From Anaerolineae bacterium (GTDB lineage: Bacteria > Chloroflexota > Anaerolineae > JADYZS01), in NCBI GenBank assembly GCA_020853075.1, contig JADYZS010000047.1, positions 1 to 33,504 of the forward strand: 33,504 nt of DNA, in the 5' to 3' direction. A model generated the notes under the pieces. It saw only the letters and a list, made by a program, of their open reading frames with translations. It did not search any database and was not told the origin of the DNA. Positions 14,402 to 22,511 of this stretch are shown piece by piece (positions within the stretch are counted from its first letter, which is position 1; every line of letters begins with the position of its first letter). The translations under genes were made by a program, and so were the position numbers.

Positions 14402-15631
14402 ATGATCGTTCGGCTCCGACGCAACAGACCGCTGAAACTGGCACTTTTGCTGATCCTCGCGGCCATTCTTGTAAGGCAGAGCCTTCACGCCATCGGTAGC
14501 GCCGATCCCCACAGTGATGATTTCATCCAGTATTGGGCGGCAGGGCGGCTTGTGCTCATCGGTGGCAATCCCTACCTGCCTGCGGATGAGCAACTCCTTT
14601 CCGTGCCAGAGGCTGTGGATTGGTTGCGGGTGGAACGGGTCATCACGTATCTGCCACCCTGGGCGTTATCTTCCTTCGTACCTATCGGCTTTGTTTCTTT
14701 TTCCACTGCTCGCTTCATCTGGCTATTGGTCAGCTTGGGGCTGATTCTTGTCTGCGGAGACTGCCTTTGGCATCTCTATGGTGGCCCGGCCCGTTATAAG
14801 TGGCTGGCTCCCTGCCTCTGTGCTACCTTCTTTCCTGCCGTCAGCGCATGGCGTAATGGGCAGATTGGGCCTTTGATCCTGGCAGGTGTTGTTGCCTTCT
14901 TGTATTTTCAGAAGCGACAGCGATGGGGCTGGGCCGCGGTGGCCGCTCTCGTGATGGCTTTCAAGCCTCACCCGATCTATCTGGTGTGGATAGCCCTCTG
15001 CATTTGGATCTTCCGGTACCGGCTCTGGCGGTTGTCTCTGATGATAGCGGCTGCCGTAGCGATTGCGACGGCGATCACGTTGGCGTTTAACCCCTACGTG
15101 ATCGGCCAATACGCCAACGCCTTAGCGCGCGTGTCACCGTTTTACTGGGGGACACCTACTCTCGGATCAATTCTGCGGTTGGCGTTTGGCTGGGAGTATT
15201 CCTGGCTACCCTTCATCGCGCCGGCCTTGGGGATCATCTGGCTGGGGCTCTACCAGGGACGACGTAAGGGGATCTGGCAGTGGCTGGAGGAGATGCCTTT
15301 GCTACTCCTCGTATCGGTCACCACCAGTTGGTATGGCTGGCCGGTAGATCAGGTCGTCTTGTTACCGGCGGTGATGCAGGTTGCCGTCTGGAGCACAACG
15401 AGTCCCCGGCGTGCGGCTGCCATCGTTTCCCTCGTGGTGTATCTGGTAATCAACGGTGTGCTTCTGGTGATGAACCAGTTGGCGGTAAACCAGTTCCATT
15501 TCTATTGGCTGGCGCCGGCACTGTTAGTGGGTTACGTCAGCGCGCGCCGGGGTTTCCGGCGTGAGGAAGAGGTCGCTGCGCTCTCGCGCGCCGAACGCGC
15601 CTCTGAGCCGGCCGGCCAATATGGACGGTAA
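14402..15631 (+). CDS. DUF2029 / GT87-like polytopic membrane glycosyltransferase
   Basis: 409-aa ORF with the first-loop motif DDFIQYWAAGRLVLIGGNPY typical of DUF2029/GT87 proteins, and about 10 or more hydrophobic helices. AAGGTGAG lies 5 nt upstream of the ATG. Confidence 0.7.
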   Translation: MIVRLRRNRPLKLALLLILAAILVRQSLHAIGSADPHSDDFIQYWAAGRLVLIGGNPYLPADEQLLSVPEAVDWLRVERVITYLPPWALSSFVPIGFVSFSTARFIWLLVSLGLILVCGDCLWHLYGGPARYKWLAPCLCATFFPAVSAWRNGQIGPLILAGVVAFLYFQKRQRWGWAAVAALVMAFKPHPIYLVWIALCIWIFRYRLWRLSLMIAAAVAIATAITLAFNPYVIGQYANALARVSPFYWGTPTLGSILRLAFGWEYSWLPFIAPALGIIWLGLYQGRRKGIWQWLEEMPLLLLVSVTTSWYGWPVDQVVLLPAVMQVAVWSTTSPRRAAAIVSLVVYLVINGVLLVMNQLAVNQFHFYWLAPALLVGYVSARRGFRREEEVAALSRAERASEPAGQYGR

Positions 15632-15655
15632 CCTGTGTGCTGGGCCATCCATAGC

Positions 15656-15687
15656 AACGAGGGGATGTTCCGAGACATCCCCTCGTT
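15656..15687. terminator. 13-bp perfect hairpin between convergent genes (possible bidirectional terminator)
   Basis: AACGAGGGGATGT-TCCGAG-ACATCCCCTCGTT followed by TGG. It lies between the GT87-like stop (15631) and the M50 stop (15750). The U-tract is weak. Confidence 0.45.
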
Positions 15688-15749
15688 TGGCAATGGACCG
15701 TCCGGTGGGCCCCCGCGCCCCGAAACGGCAAATGGGGTAGGTAAATAGC

Positions 15750-16385
15750 TCAGGAAGCACCGGCCATGCGCACGGCCAATAGCAACATACACACCATGGC
15801 GGTCAGTTTGAGGCCGGTACGGTGCAGCATCGCCTCGCGCTGGGGCGATAACCGCAACCCCAGGCGCGCTACACTGAGCACCAGGATGTGGCCGCCATCC
15901 AGCCCTGGTAACGGCAGCAAGTTGTAGAACGCCAGGAGGAGCGAAATAGCCGCCGTGGCGATGAGCCAGGATTGGGCTGCCGGGTCAGACCTTGTGAAGA
16001 TGGCAAGGACGATCAGGGCTGCCATAAGGAGGAGGCTGGCTATGGGGCCACCAGCGGCAACGGTGAGGTCCTGTTTCCAGGGACGGCGATCCTCGCCGGT
16101 TTCACTCCGCCGCCCCAGCAGGCCGACGGCCATCCCGACCGGCACAAGCCGCCATTCAAACTGCACGCCGTTGGCGAAGGATCGCCGCCAGAGGATCGGC
16201 CCCAGGCCAACGGCTATTAACTTAATGGGAATGTGCAACGCCTTTGCCATAACCAGGTGTCCGAATTCGTGTCCGATGGTTGCCAATATGAGCGCAAGAG
16301 CAAACCCAACCAGCGAGAAGGGCATAGCGAATGTTGGTGACATGTATATTGTAGTCCGCTGTGACGCGTGATGATTCCCCTGCAT
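15750..16385 (-). CDS. M50 family site-2 metalloprotease (short form)
   Basis: Has HEFGH (HExxH) and NLLPLPGLDGGHIL (NxxPxxxLDG) in a polytopic protein. The start is set at ATG 16385, preceded by the purine-rich GGGAAGGGGAAGGGAAAA. ATG 16343 or the track start 16508 are alternatives. Confidence 0.75.
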   Translation of the reverse strand: MQGNHHASQRTTIYMSPTFAMPFSLVGFALALILATIGHEFGHLVMAKALHIPIKLIAVGLGPILWRRSFANGVQFEWRLVPVGMAVGLLGRRSETGEDRRPWKQDLTVAAGGPIASLLLMAALIVLAIFTRSDPAAQSWLIATAAISLLLAFYNLLPLPGLDGGHILVLSVARLGLRLSPQREAMLHRTGLKLTAMVCMLLLAVRMAGAS

Positions 16386-16520
16386 TTTTCCCTTCCCCTT
16401 CCCTACTTTATCTGTTTTCGTGCCGCCTCGCAATAGTACCAGGGTGACAAACCGTTGGCACGGGCGATAGGACTTTCGGCCTATCGGTGTGTAAAACCAC
16501 AAAGGCACGAAGGTCTATTC

Positions 16521-16610
16521 GGGTCAGCGGATGGGTAGAGGATAAGCGGATACCGTCTGCCCACAAGAAGGCTATCCGCTAATCGGCCACGCCGAAGCCA
16601 TCCGCTGATC
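16521..16610. repeat. TCAGCGGAT-bounded palindromic repeat element, copy 3
   Basis: TCAGCGGAT (16524-16532), AAGCGGAT (16544-16551), inverted ATCCGCTAA (16574-16582) and ATCCGCTGA (16600-16608). Confidence 0.6.
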
Positions 16611-16658
16611 TGGAGGTACAACGAGGAATCATGAACCAGGGGGAGGTAGCGAGGTGGA

Positions 16659-16832
16659 TCAGCCAGGTCGCCGTCCGATGAACAACCCTCTGCCGGTTAG
16701 CCCGTCAGGATCATACGTCACGTCAAGGCCGACTCCATTAGAACTGAAGAGGCACGTCACGACGTCGTACTCACGGCCCAGGTTGAAAGCGGTCATGTCT
16801 CCGTGATGGAAGGGGATGCCGGGGTTCCCTTG
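16659..16832 (-). pseudogene. Remnant of a class I SAM-dependent methyltransferase (5'-truncated, internally deleted)
   Basis: The in-frame translation is NPGIPFHHGDMTAFNLGREYDVVTCLFSSNG, then VGLDVTYDPDGLTGRGLFIGRRPG*. It matches the mid-protein GDM..F.LGR.FD.V.C.FSS.G motif joined directly to the C-terminal G.(S/T)GRGLF.G tail of TylM1/DesVI-type methyltransferases, as recalled from memory. There is no SAM-binding N-terminal part, and the upstream frame runs into the etfA 3' end. Confidence 0.6.
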
Positions 16833-16833
16833 C

Positions 16834-17904
16834 TTATCCCATCGCCTCCACCAGCGCCCGCACGATCTCCTTTGGTGAACCGATGATACCCCAATCGGCG
16901 GCTTTCAACAAGGGAGCATCGCTCTCGCGACATAAGGCGATAACGGCCCGGGCGCCTTCCATGCCCAGGTAATGCTCCGTCGTTCCTTCTATGCCGCAGG
17001 CGATGTAGAGCGCGGGCGTGACGATCACACCCAGCGCGCCGACCTGCTGCTCCGGCCCGATCCAGCCCATGTCCAGCGCGCCACGGTCCCCGGCGATGGC
17101 CGCGCCCAGCCGTGCCGCCAGTTGCTGTACCAGCGCAAAACCCTCCGCATCTTCCATCCCGCGCCCTGCGCTGACGACGATGCGCGCGGTGGTGAGCGCA
17201 GGGGGCGACGCGACTTCCGGCGCGGGCTCATATTGCACCGCGTCGGGCTGCCATGATGCGGATAGTTGCTCTATGCTCCCTGTGCGGCTGCGGTCAGGGT
17301 AGGGCAGGGGGAACGCGCCCGCGCGCACTGTGACGATCTGCGGCTTCGCCAGGCAGGCGATGACCTGGGAGGCTATACCCTCGTAGATGGGGCGGGTGAC
17401 GAGGAGGGCGCGGTCTATGGGGTCAGCGCGCACGTCCTCAGCCTCGGTGACGAGGGATGCATCCAATGCCTGGGCGACGCGCGCGGCGAGGGCACGGTTA
17501 GTGATGCTGTCATCCAGCAGGACGATCTCCGGCTTGCGCTCGCGCAGGAACGCGGCCAGCGTCTCCGCGTCGGCCTGGCCGGGAGCCAGATAGACGTAAT
17601 CTGCGCCGTGCGCAATGAGTGTCTGTGCCGTCTCTTCGTCGGGCGCGCCGGCCAGCAGGAACCGCACGTAAGCCCCCAACCCATCGGCTAGCCCGCGCGC
17701 CTTGCCCACGGTCTGCAAAGATAGGTCGGAAAGCCGGCCCTCAACGGCAGAGGCCAGCCCCCAAATATCCCGGTAGCCTTCCTCTCCTACCGGCTCGCCC
17801 ATTAACGCTTCCAGATACGATAGGTCTTGCATGGTTTTCGCTTTCAAAGAGTGCCTGGCGGAGTTGCCTTCCGTCATGCTGAGCCCCCGCAGGGGGCGAA
17901 GCAT
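16834..17904 (-). CDS. etfA: Electron transfer flavoprotein alpha subunit
   Basis: Has the C-terminal ETF-alpha FAD-binding region VVSAGRGM ... GDRGALDMGWIGPEQQVGALGVIVTPALYIACGIEGTTEHYLGM. The start is uncertain: ATG 17904, 17877 or 17832. Confidence 0.8.
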   Translation of the reverse strand: MLRPLRGLSMTEGNSARHSLKAKTMQDLSYLEALMGEPVGEEGYRDIWGLASAVEGRLSDLSLQTVGKARGLADGLGAYVRFLLAGAPDEETAQTLIAHGADYVYLAPGQADAETLAAFLRERKPEIVLLDDSITNRALAARVAQALDASLVTEAEDVRADPIDRALLVTRPIYEGIASQVIACLAKPQIVTVRAGAFPLPYPDRSRTGSIEQLSASWQPDAVQYEPAPEVASPPALTTARIVVSAGRGMEDAEGFALVQQLAARLGAAIAGDRGALDMGWIGPEQQVGALGVIVTPALYIACGIEGTTEHYLGMEGARAVIALCRESDAPLLKAADWGIIGSPKEIVRALVEAMG

Positions 17905-17968
17905 CTCAAGCCTGTTATTGAGACCCTTCGCTGCGCTCAGGGTGACAACCTGGATTCCGTCAGGGGTG

Positions 17969-18748
17969 CTAAATGAGCCTTTTTCCTCTCAACTCCGCGA
18001 CCAGGGAGCGCGCGGCCTCCTCCGGCGAGCCGGAGAGGATGAAGCCCAGGTTGCGCTCCGGCGGCATCACTAGGTTGCGTTCCTCTGTGTGCCGCGCCGA
18101 GATTTCTTCTGGCGACAGGCCCAGGTCGTCGCAGTCCCAGGTCTCTACCTCTGCCTCGCGGTAAGCCCAGGCGATGCGTAGCGCGGGCGGGTAGCGCGGC
18201 TTCTCTCTCTGGCGCGTGACGGCCAGGACCGCAGGCAAGGCGACTGAGACAGACCATCGTTGCTTTTCGTCCCTCTGGAACGCGCGGAGGATACTATCTT
18301 CTAATTGCGGTTCTGACGCATCCGTCACCACAGGCCAGCCTAGTTCTTGCGCCAGGCGGGCAGGGAGCGTACCCCCGCCGGTATCCAACGCGCGCTCGCC
18401 CGTGAGCACCAGGCTCACGTCGCCGATGTGCTCCACCGCGCGCGCGAGGGCTCTTGCCACACCTGACGCGTCCGCTCCGGCCAACATCTCGTCGCTCAGG
18501 AGGATGGCACGATCCGCGCCCATCGCCAGCGCCTCGCGCAGCGCGTCGCTTACGTCCCGCGCGCCGACGCTTAGGGCGATGACCTCGCCTCCGTGCCGTT
18601 CCCGTAGGCGCAGCGCGGCTTCCAAAGCGTATCTATCCGGCGGATTGACGATGCGCGCGGCCTGGCGCGGGTCAATAGCCTCGCGCGAGCGAGAGAGTCT
18701 CACGGCGCGCGGGTCAAGGATTTGCTTGATGCAGACGGCGATACGCAT
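17969..18748 (-). CDS. etfB: Electron transfer flavoprotein beta subunit
   Basis: 259-aa ORF starting MRIAVCIKQILDP, with NPPDRYALEAALRL and overall ETF-beta organisation. GGAG lies upstream of the ATG. Confidence 0.85.
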   Translation of the reverse strand: MRIAVCIKQILDPRAVRLSRSREAIDPRQAARIVNPPDRYALEAALRLRERHGGEVIALSVGARDVSDALREALAMGADRAILLSDEMLAGADASGVARALARAVEHIGDVSLVLTGERALDTGGGTLPARLAQELGWPVVTDASEPQLEDSILRAFQRDEKQRWSVSVALPAVLAVTRQREKPRYPPALRIAWAYREAEVETWDCDDLGLSPEEISARHTEERNLVMPPERNLGFILSGSPEEAARSLVAELRGKRLI

Positions 18749-18772
18749 GTCGGACTCCGAATTTCTATCTTA

Positions 18773-18827
18773 CCGCAGAGTCCGCAGAGAACACTTTTTA
18801 CCTCTGTGCTCTCGGCGTTCTCTGCGG
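18773..18827. repeat. CCGCAGAG-type hairpin repeat in the ACAD/etfB gap
   Basis: Direct CCGCAGAG (18773-18780) and CCGCAGAGAAC (18782-18792). The latter pairs with GTTCTCTGCGG (18817-18827). It shares CTCTGTGCTCTC with the 23883 repeat arm. Confidence 0.5.
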
Positions 18828-18834
18828 TTAATTC

Positions 18835-20001
18835 TCACGGACGTATCCGCACACCTGCCTCGCGGAATAACTCCGTGGCGATGACGATACGCTGGATCTC
18901 GTTGGTTCCCTCAAACAACTCCGCGATGCGGCTGTCGCGCAACATCCGCTCCAGAGGGAAATCGCGGCTGTAGCCCAGCGCGCCGTGGATCTGCATGGCA
19001 CGGTCCACGCAGCGCGAGGCGATCTCGCTCCCCAGGAGCTTGCACATCCCGGCCTCTTTGGTGAAAGGCTGCTTTGTATCTACCAGCCAGGCGGTGCGAT
19101 AGACCAGCGAGCGCAGGGCCTCTATCTCCGCGGCCATCTCTGCGACCATGAATTGCACCGACTGCAAATGGGCCAGGGGGCGGCCAAATTGCTCGCGCAC
19201 GCGGGCGTAACGAATCGCCATTTCCAAAGCCGTCTCCGCGCCGCCGAGGCAAGCCGCGCCCAGCGTTACGCGCCCCACGTCCAGGCTCTGCATGAAAGTC
19301 ACGAACCCAAGTCCCACCTGGCCCAAGACGTTCGCCGCCGGCACCTCCACCTCGTCAAAGATCAACTCGGCGGTGGCGCTGCCGCGAATACCCATCTTAT
19401 CCTCAATCGTGCCGACCTTATAGCCCGGATACTCTTTCTCTACGATGAAGGCGGTGACGCCGCCGCGCGCGCCCAGCGCGGGATCGGTGACGGCCATCAC
19501 CGAGATGATGTCGGCGAAGGAGCCGTTGGTGATGTAGATCTTCGTGCCGTTGAGGATGTAGCGGTCACCGTCGCGGACGGCGCGGGTGCGTATAGCTGCG
19601 GCGTCGGAGCCCGCGCCCGGTTCGGTGAGCGCGAAGGCAGCCAGTTTCTCGCCACGAGCCAGGGGAACCAGATACCTTTGCTTCTGCTCCTCGGTGCCAC
19701 CCAGATAGATCGCCATGGCGCCGATACCGATGTGCGCGCCGATGAAGGTCGCGGTGGAGGTGCACACGCGGCCCATCTCCTCCAACAAGATGCAATAACC
19801 CATCTCGCCCAGGCCCGCGCCGCCGTACTTCTGCGGAAACGGCACACCTAGCAAGCCCGCTTGCCGTAGTTTCGGAATCGTCTCCCAGGGGACGCGATCC
19901 TCCCGATCTATCGTGGCCGCGAGGGGGCGCACCTCTTCCTCGGCGAACTCGCGCACCATGCGCCGGAAGGCGACCATCTCAGGTGGAAACGAGAAGTCCA
20001 T
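18835..20001 (-). CDS. Acyl-CoA dehydrogenase
   Basis: 388-aa ORF with ACAD N/M/C domain motifs ([14 protein letters not shown]; ...[15 protein letters not shown]). Confidence 0.9.
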   Translation of the reverse strand: MDFSFPPEMVAFRRMVREFAEEEVRPLAATIDREDRVPWETIPKLRQAGLLGVPFPQKYGGAGLGEMGYCILLEEMGRVCTSTATFIGAHIGIGAMAIYLGGTEEQKQRYLVPLARGEKLAAFALTEPGAGSDAAAIRTRAVRDGDRYILNGTKIYITNGSFADIISVMAVTDPALGARGGVTAFIVEKEYPGYKVGTIEDKMGIRGSATAELIFDEVEVPAANVLGQVGLGFVTFMQSLDVGRVTLGAACLGGAETALEMAIRYARVREQFGRPLAHLQSVQFMVAEMAAEIEALRSLVYRTAWLVDTKQPFTKEAGMCKLLGSEIASRCVDRAMQIHGALGYSRDFPLERMLRDSRIAELFEGTNEIQRIVIATELFREAGVRIRP

Positions 20002-20020
20002 CTCCTCAGGCTCCTTGCTA

Positions 20021-20287
20021 GGTCAGCGGAAAGAGATACACCACGGAGACACGCAGAATAGATTCAGCGGATAGGTAGCGGATTAGCGGATGGTCCCTAC
20101 GGGCTGCTTTTCGTCTCTCCCCCGTTCGTTTTACGGGGGAGGGTTGGCCGCGAAGCGTTCCGTCGCTTGCACCTGTGCTGGGCTGCGCCCGGCCAGGGCG
20201 CAGGGTCGACTAATCGGCGCAAGCCAACAGGCACGCGGGTGTGGGGGCCTTTCGCTAATCCGCTACGCCGCAGGCATCCGCTGACCC
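20021..20287. repeat. MITE-like composite element bounded by inverted TCAGCGGAT/TAGCGGATTAGCG ends
   Basis: The left end at 20064-20091 is TCAGCGGAT-AGG-TAGCGGATTAGCGGAT. The right end at 20253-20287 is the reverse complement of GGGTCAGCGGATGCCTGCGGCGTAGCGGATTAGCG. Internal 8-bp hairpins lie at 20117-20141 and 20183-20203. GCTTGCACC...GGCGCAAGCC arms are shared with 14307-14330. It also has an upstream TCAGCGGAA (20023-20031) and CCACGGAGACAC (20041-20052). Confidence 0.6.
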
Positions 20288-20296
20288 CCTGTGGCA

Positions 20297-21445
20297 TCAC
20301 GCGACGACCGCGATCCCTTTCTCCGCCAGCATCTCTCGCGCGATGACGGCGCGTTGCAGCAAGCCGGGCCCTTCGGCGATGTCCAGCGCGCGGGCATCGC
20401 GGAACCAGCGCTCAATGGGGTAATCTTTCATGTAGCCCGCGCCGCCGTGGACCTGCACCATGCGGTTGGCGACGCGCAGGGCGACCTGGCTGCCGAAGAG
20501 TTTGGCAATGGCCGCATCCTGGGTGTAGTCTCCACCTTGGTCGGCCTTCCAGGCCACGGAGTCCACCAGGTGTCGCAGCGCCGCGATCTCCGCGCTGGAA
20601 TCGGCCAGATAGTTCTGGATAGCCTGCTTCTCGGCGATGAAAACCCCGAACTGCTTCCTTTGCAGAGCAAAGGTGATGCCCAGGTCTAGCGTGGCTTGGG
20701 CCGCGCCGAGGCTCATGGCCGCGACGCTCAGGCGTCCCCGATCCTGCGCCGCACGGGCGATAGCCAATCCTTCTCCTTCGGCTCCCAGGCGACTCTCCAC
20801 AAGGACACGGCAGCCTTCCAGATAAAGGGGATTGAGGGCGAGGCCGCGCAAACCAAGCGTCCGCTCGCGCCGCCCTACGGTGAGACCGTTTGCCTCTCGC
20901 TCTATCAGGAACGGGGTAACACCACCTTCCGTACAGGCGAAGATGACGAATAGGCCCGCGATCTCACCGTTGGCGACCCAGGTCTTTGTTCCGTCCAGAA
21001 CGTAAGAATCGCCTTCGCGCCGGGCGCGCGTGCGCAGGTTGCCGAAGTCGCTCCCTGCCTCCGGTTCCGTCAGCGCGAACGCGCCAGTGCGCTCGCCCGC
21101 GGCCAGCGCAGGCAGATAGCGTTCCTTCTGTTCCTCTGTGCCGTGGCGCAAGACCGTCAGCGCGGCCAGGCCGGTGTGGGTATGGACGGTGAACGCGGTG
21201 GAAAGGCAGGCGCGACCCAACGCCTCCAACAGCAAGGTATAGCCCAGCATGTCCAACCCTGCGCCGCCGTAAGCCTCCGGCAGCGGCGCTCCCAGGAACC
21301 CCTGTTGCGCGGCCTTCTGCAACGCCGCCAGCGGCGGGCGTTCCTCGGCGTCCAGGGCAGCGGCTTGCGGCGCGACCTCCTTCGCGGCAAATTCGGCAAA
21401 GAGGTCGCGGAACATCTGTTGTTCTTCGGTTAAGGAGAAATCCAT
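20297..21445 (-). CDS. Acyl-CoA dehydrogenase (second paralogue)
   Basis: 382-aa ORF with AFALTEPEAGSDFGNL and ...ALDIAEGPGLLQRAVIA. It has the ACAD fold throughout. Confidence 0.9.
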   Translation of the reverse strand: MDFSLTEEQQMFRDLFAEFAAKEVAPQAAALDAEERPPLAALQKAAQQGFLGAPLPEAYGGAGLDMLGYTLLLEALGRACLSTAFTVHTHTGLAALTVLRHGTEEQKERYLPALAAGERTGAFALTEPEAGSDFGNLRTRARREGDSYVLDGTKTWVANGEIAGLFVIFACTEGGVTPFLIEREANGLTVGRRERTLGLRGLALNPLYLEGCRVLVESRLGAEGEGLAIARAAQDRGRLSVAAMSLGAAQATLDLGITFALQRKQFGVFIAEKQAIQNYLADSSAEIAALRHLVDSVAWKADQGGDYTQDAAIAKLFGSQVALRVANRMVQVHGGAGYMKDYPIERWFRDARALDIAEGPGLLQRAVIAREMLAEKGIAVVA

Positions 21446-21481
21446 GTTCGTTGTGTACCTCTGCCTTCACCCTTCCCCTTC

Positions 21482-21548
21482 GCCCCGTACGGCGAGTACG
21501 CCCACGGGGCTTCCCCTTCCCTCTTCCATATTTAGGAGAGGGAAGGGG
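21482..21548. repeat. Two stem-loops in the ECH/ACAD gap
   Basis: GCCCCGT (21482-21488) pairs with ACGGGGC (21504-21510). CCCCTTCCCTCT (21513-21524) pairs with AGAGGGAAGGGG (21537-21548), a 12-bp perfect stem. The flanking CCCTTCCCCTTC tract also occurs upstream of the M50 gene, near 16390-16402. Confidence 0.5.
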
Positions 21549-21585
21549 TTGGGGGGATAGGTGAGGGCCGTCCTTTTCTCCACCC

Positions 21586-22380
21586 CTACTTATCCTGGAA
21601 AATCGGCTGCCGCTTCTGCAAGAAAGCGGTCACGCCTTCGCGCATGTCGTGAGTCTGCGTCAACTCCAGGAAGCGATCCACTTCGTACAGGAGGCCGTCG
21701 GCCAGGGAAAGCCGCCCGGAGTGGTCCACCGCGGCCAACGCCGCGGCAATCGCCACCGCGCTCTTGCTGGCGATCTTCTTCGCCAGTCCCTTCGCCTCTT
21801 TGATGAGCGCGTCGCCCGGCACTACCTTGTTGACCAGCCCCAGCCGGTATGCCTCTTGCGCGTTGATCAGATCCCCCGTCAGAATCAATTCCAGAGCCTT
21901 GCCCTTGCCCAGAATTCGCGGCAGCCGCTGCGTGCCACCCCAGCCGGGGATGATGCCCAGGTTGATCTCGGTCTGGCCCAGGCGCGCCCGGTCGGAGGCG
22001 AGGCGGATGTGGCAGGCCATCGCCAATTCCAGGCCGCCACCGATGCACGCGCCGTTGATGGCCGCGATGACCGGCTTCCTGGCCGACTCCACCTTGCTAA
22101 AGACGGCCTGCCCCTTGAGGAGCATACGGCGGGCATCACCCTCATTTGCGCCGTCGCCCAGGCGGGCGATCTCGTTGATGTCTGCACCGGCGACGAAGAC
22201 GTTGGGCCCTGCGCCGGTGATAATCAAGACCTTCACATCAGGATTCGCCATCGCTTCATCCAGCGCGCCGTCCAGTTCCATCATGGTGGCTGCATTGAAG
22301 GCGTTGACAGGCGGATGGTCAATGGTGAGGATGGCGATGCGCTCCTCTATCGTCATTTTGACAAACTGGCGTTCGGACAT
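21586..22380 (-). CDS. Enoyl-CoA hydratase (crotonase family)
   Basis: 264-aa ORF with AAINGACIGGGLELAMACHIRLAS and the crotonase fold pattern. Confidence 0.9.
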   Translation of the reverse strand: MSERQFVKMTIEERIAILTIDHPPVNAFNAATMMELDGALDEAMANPDVKVLIITGAGPNVFVAGADINEIARLGDGANEGDARRMLLKGQAVFSKVESARKPVIAAINGACIGGGLELAMACHIRLASDRARLGQTEINLGIIPGWGGTQRLPRILGKGKALELILTGDLINAQEAYRLGLVNKVVPGDALIKEAKGLAKKIASKSAVAIAAALAAVDHSGRLSLADGLLYEVDRFLELTQTHDMREGVTAFLQKRQPIFQDK

Positions 22381-22414
22381 TTTCTACTCCTTTGAGTCCT
22401 AATCGGTGCAGCCT

Positions 22415-22499
22415 GCCATCGGATAAATCCGACGGCTACATTCGCAAAACCCGCAGAGCGGGTTTCTTGATCGATAGCCGTCGGTTTCCAACCGATGGC
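22415..22499. repeat. Modular hairpin cassette, copy 2
   Basis: Hairpins at 22415-22436 (GCCATCGGAT-AA-ATCCGACGGC), 22447-22465 (AAACCCGC-AGA-GCGGGTTT) and 22477-22499 (GCCGTCGGTT-TCC-AACCGATGGC). The architecture matches 8087-8219. Confidence 0.6.
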
Positions 22500-22511
22500 C
22501 GGCACTCTGAA

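Noticed and set aside
15750-16508. The missing Tad prepilin peptidase (TadV/CpaA)
   Set aside because: The protein has HExxH and NxxPxxxLDG, the hallmarks of M50 site-2 metalloproteases, not the two-aspartate A24 peptidase pattern. It is also 4 kb from flp in a different transcription unit.
12131-20287. CRISPR array formed by the AGCGGAT-type repeats
   Set aside because: The repeats are 7-9 nt, occur in both orientations as palindromes, and are irregularly spaced and split over four loci. There are no 25-40-nt direct repeats with unique spacers and no cas genes.
20090-20300. 64-aa plus-strand and 67-aa minus-strand ORFs between the two ACAD genes
   Set aside because: They lie entirely within the MITE-like palindromic element and overlap on opposite strands. 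Their composition is dictated by the repeats.
18216-22402. Long antisense ORFs over the etfB, ACAD and ECH genes (18216..18884, 18985..19851, 20291..20689, 21649..22395, 21764..22402)
   Set aside because: Each lies opposite a gene with unmistakable family motifs. Their low-complexity Arg/Ala/Gly/Ser content and lack of motifs mark them as frame artefacts.
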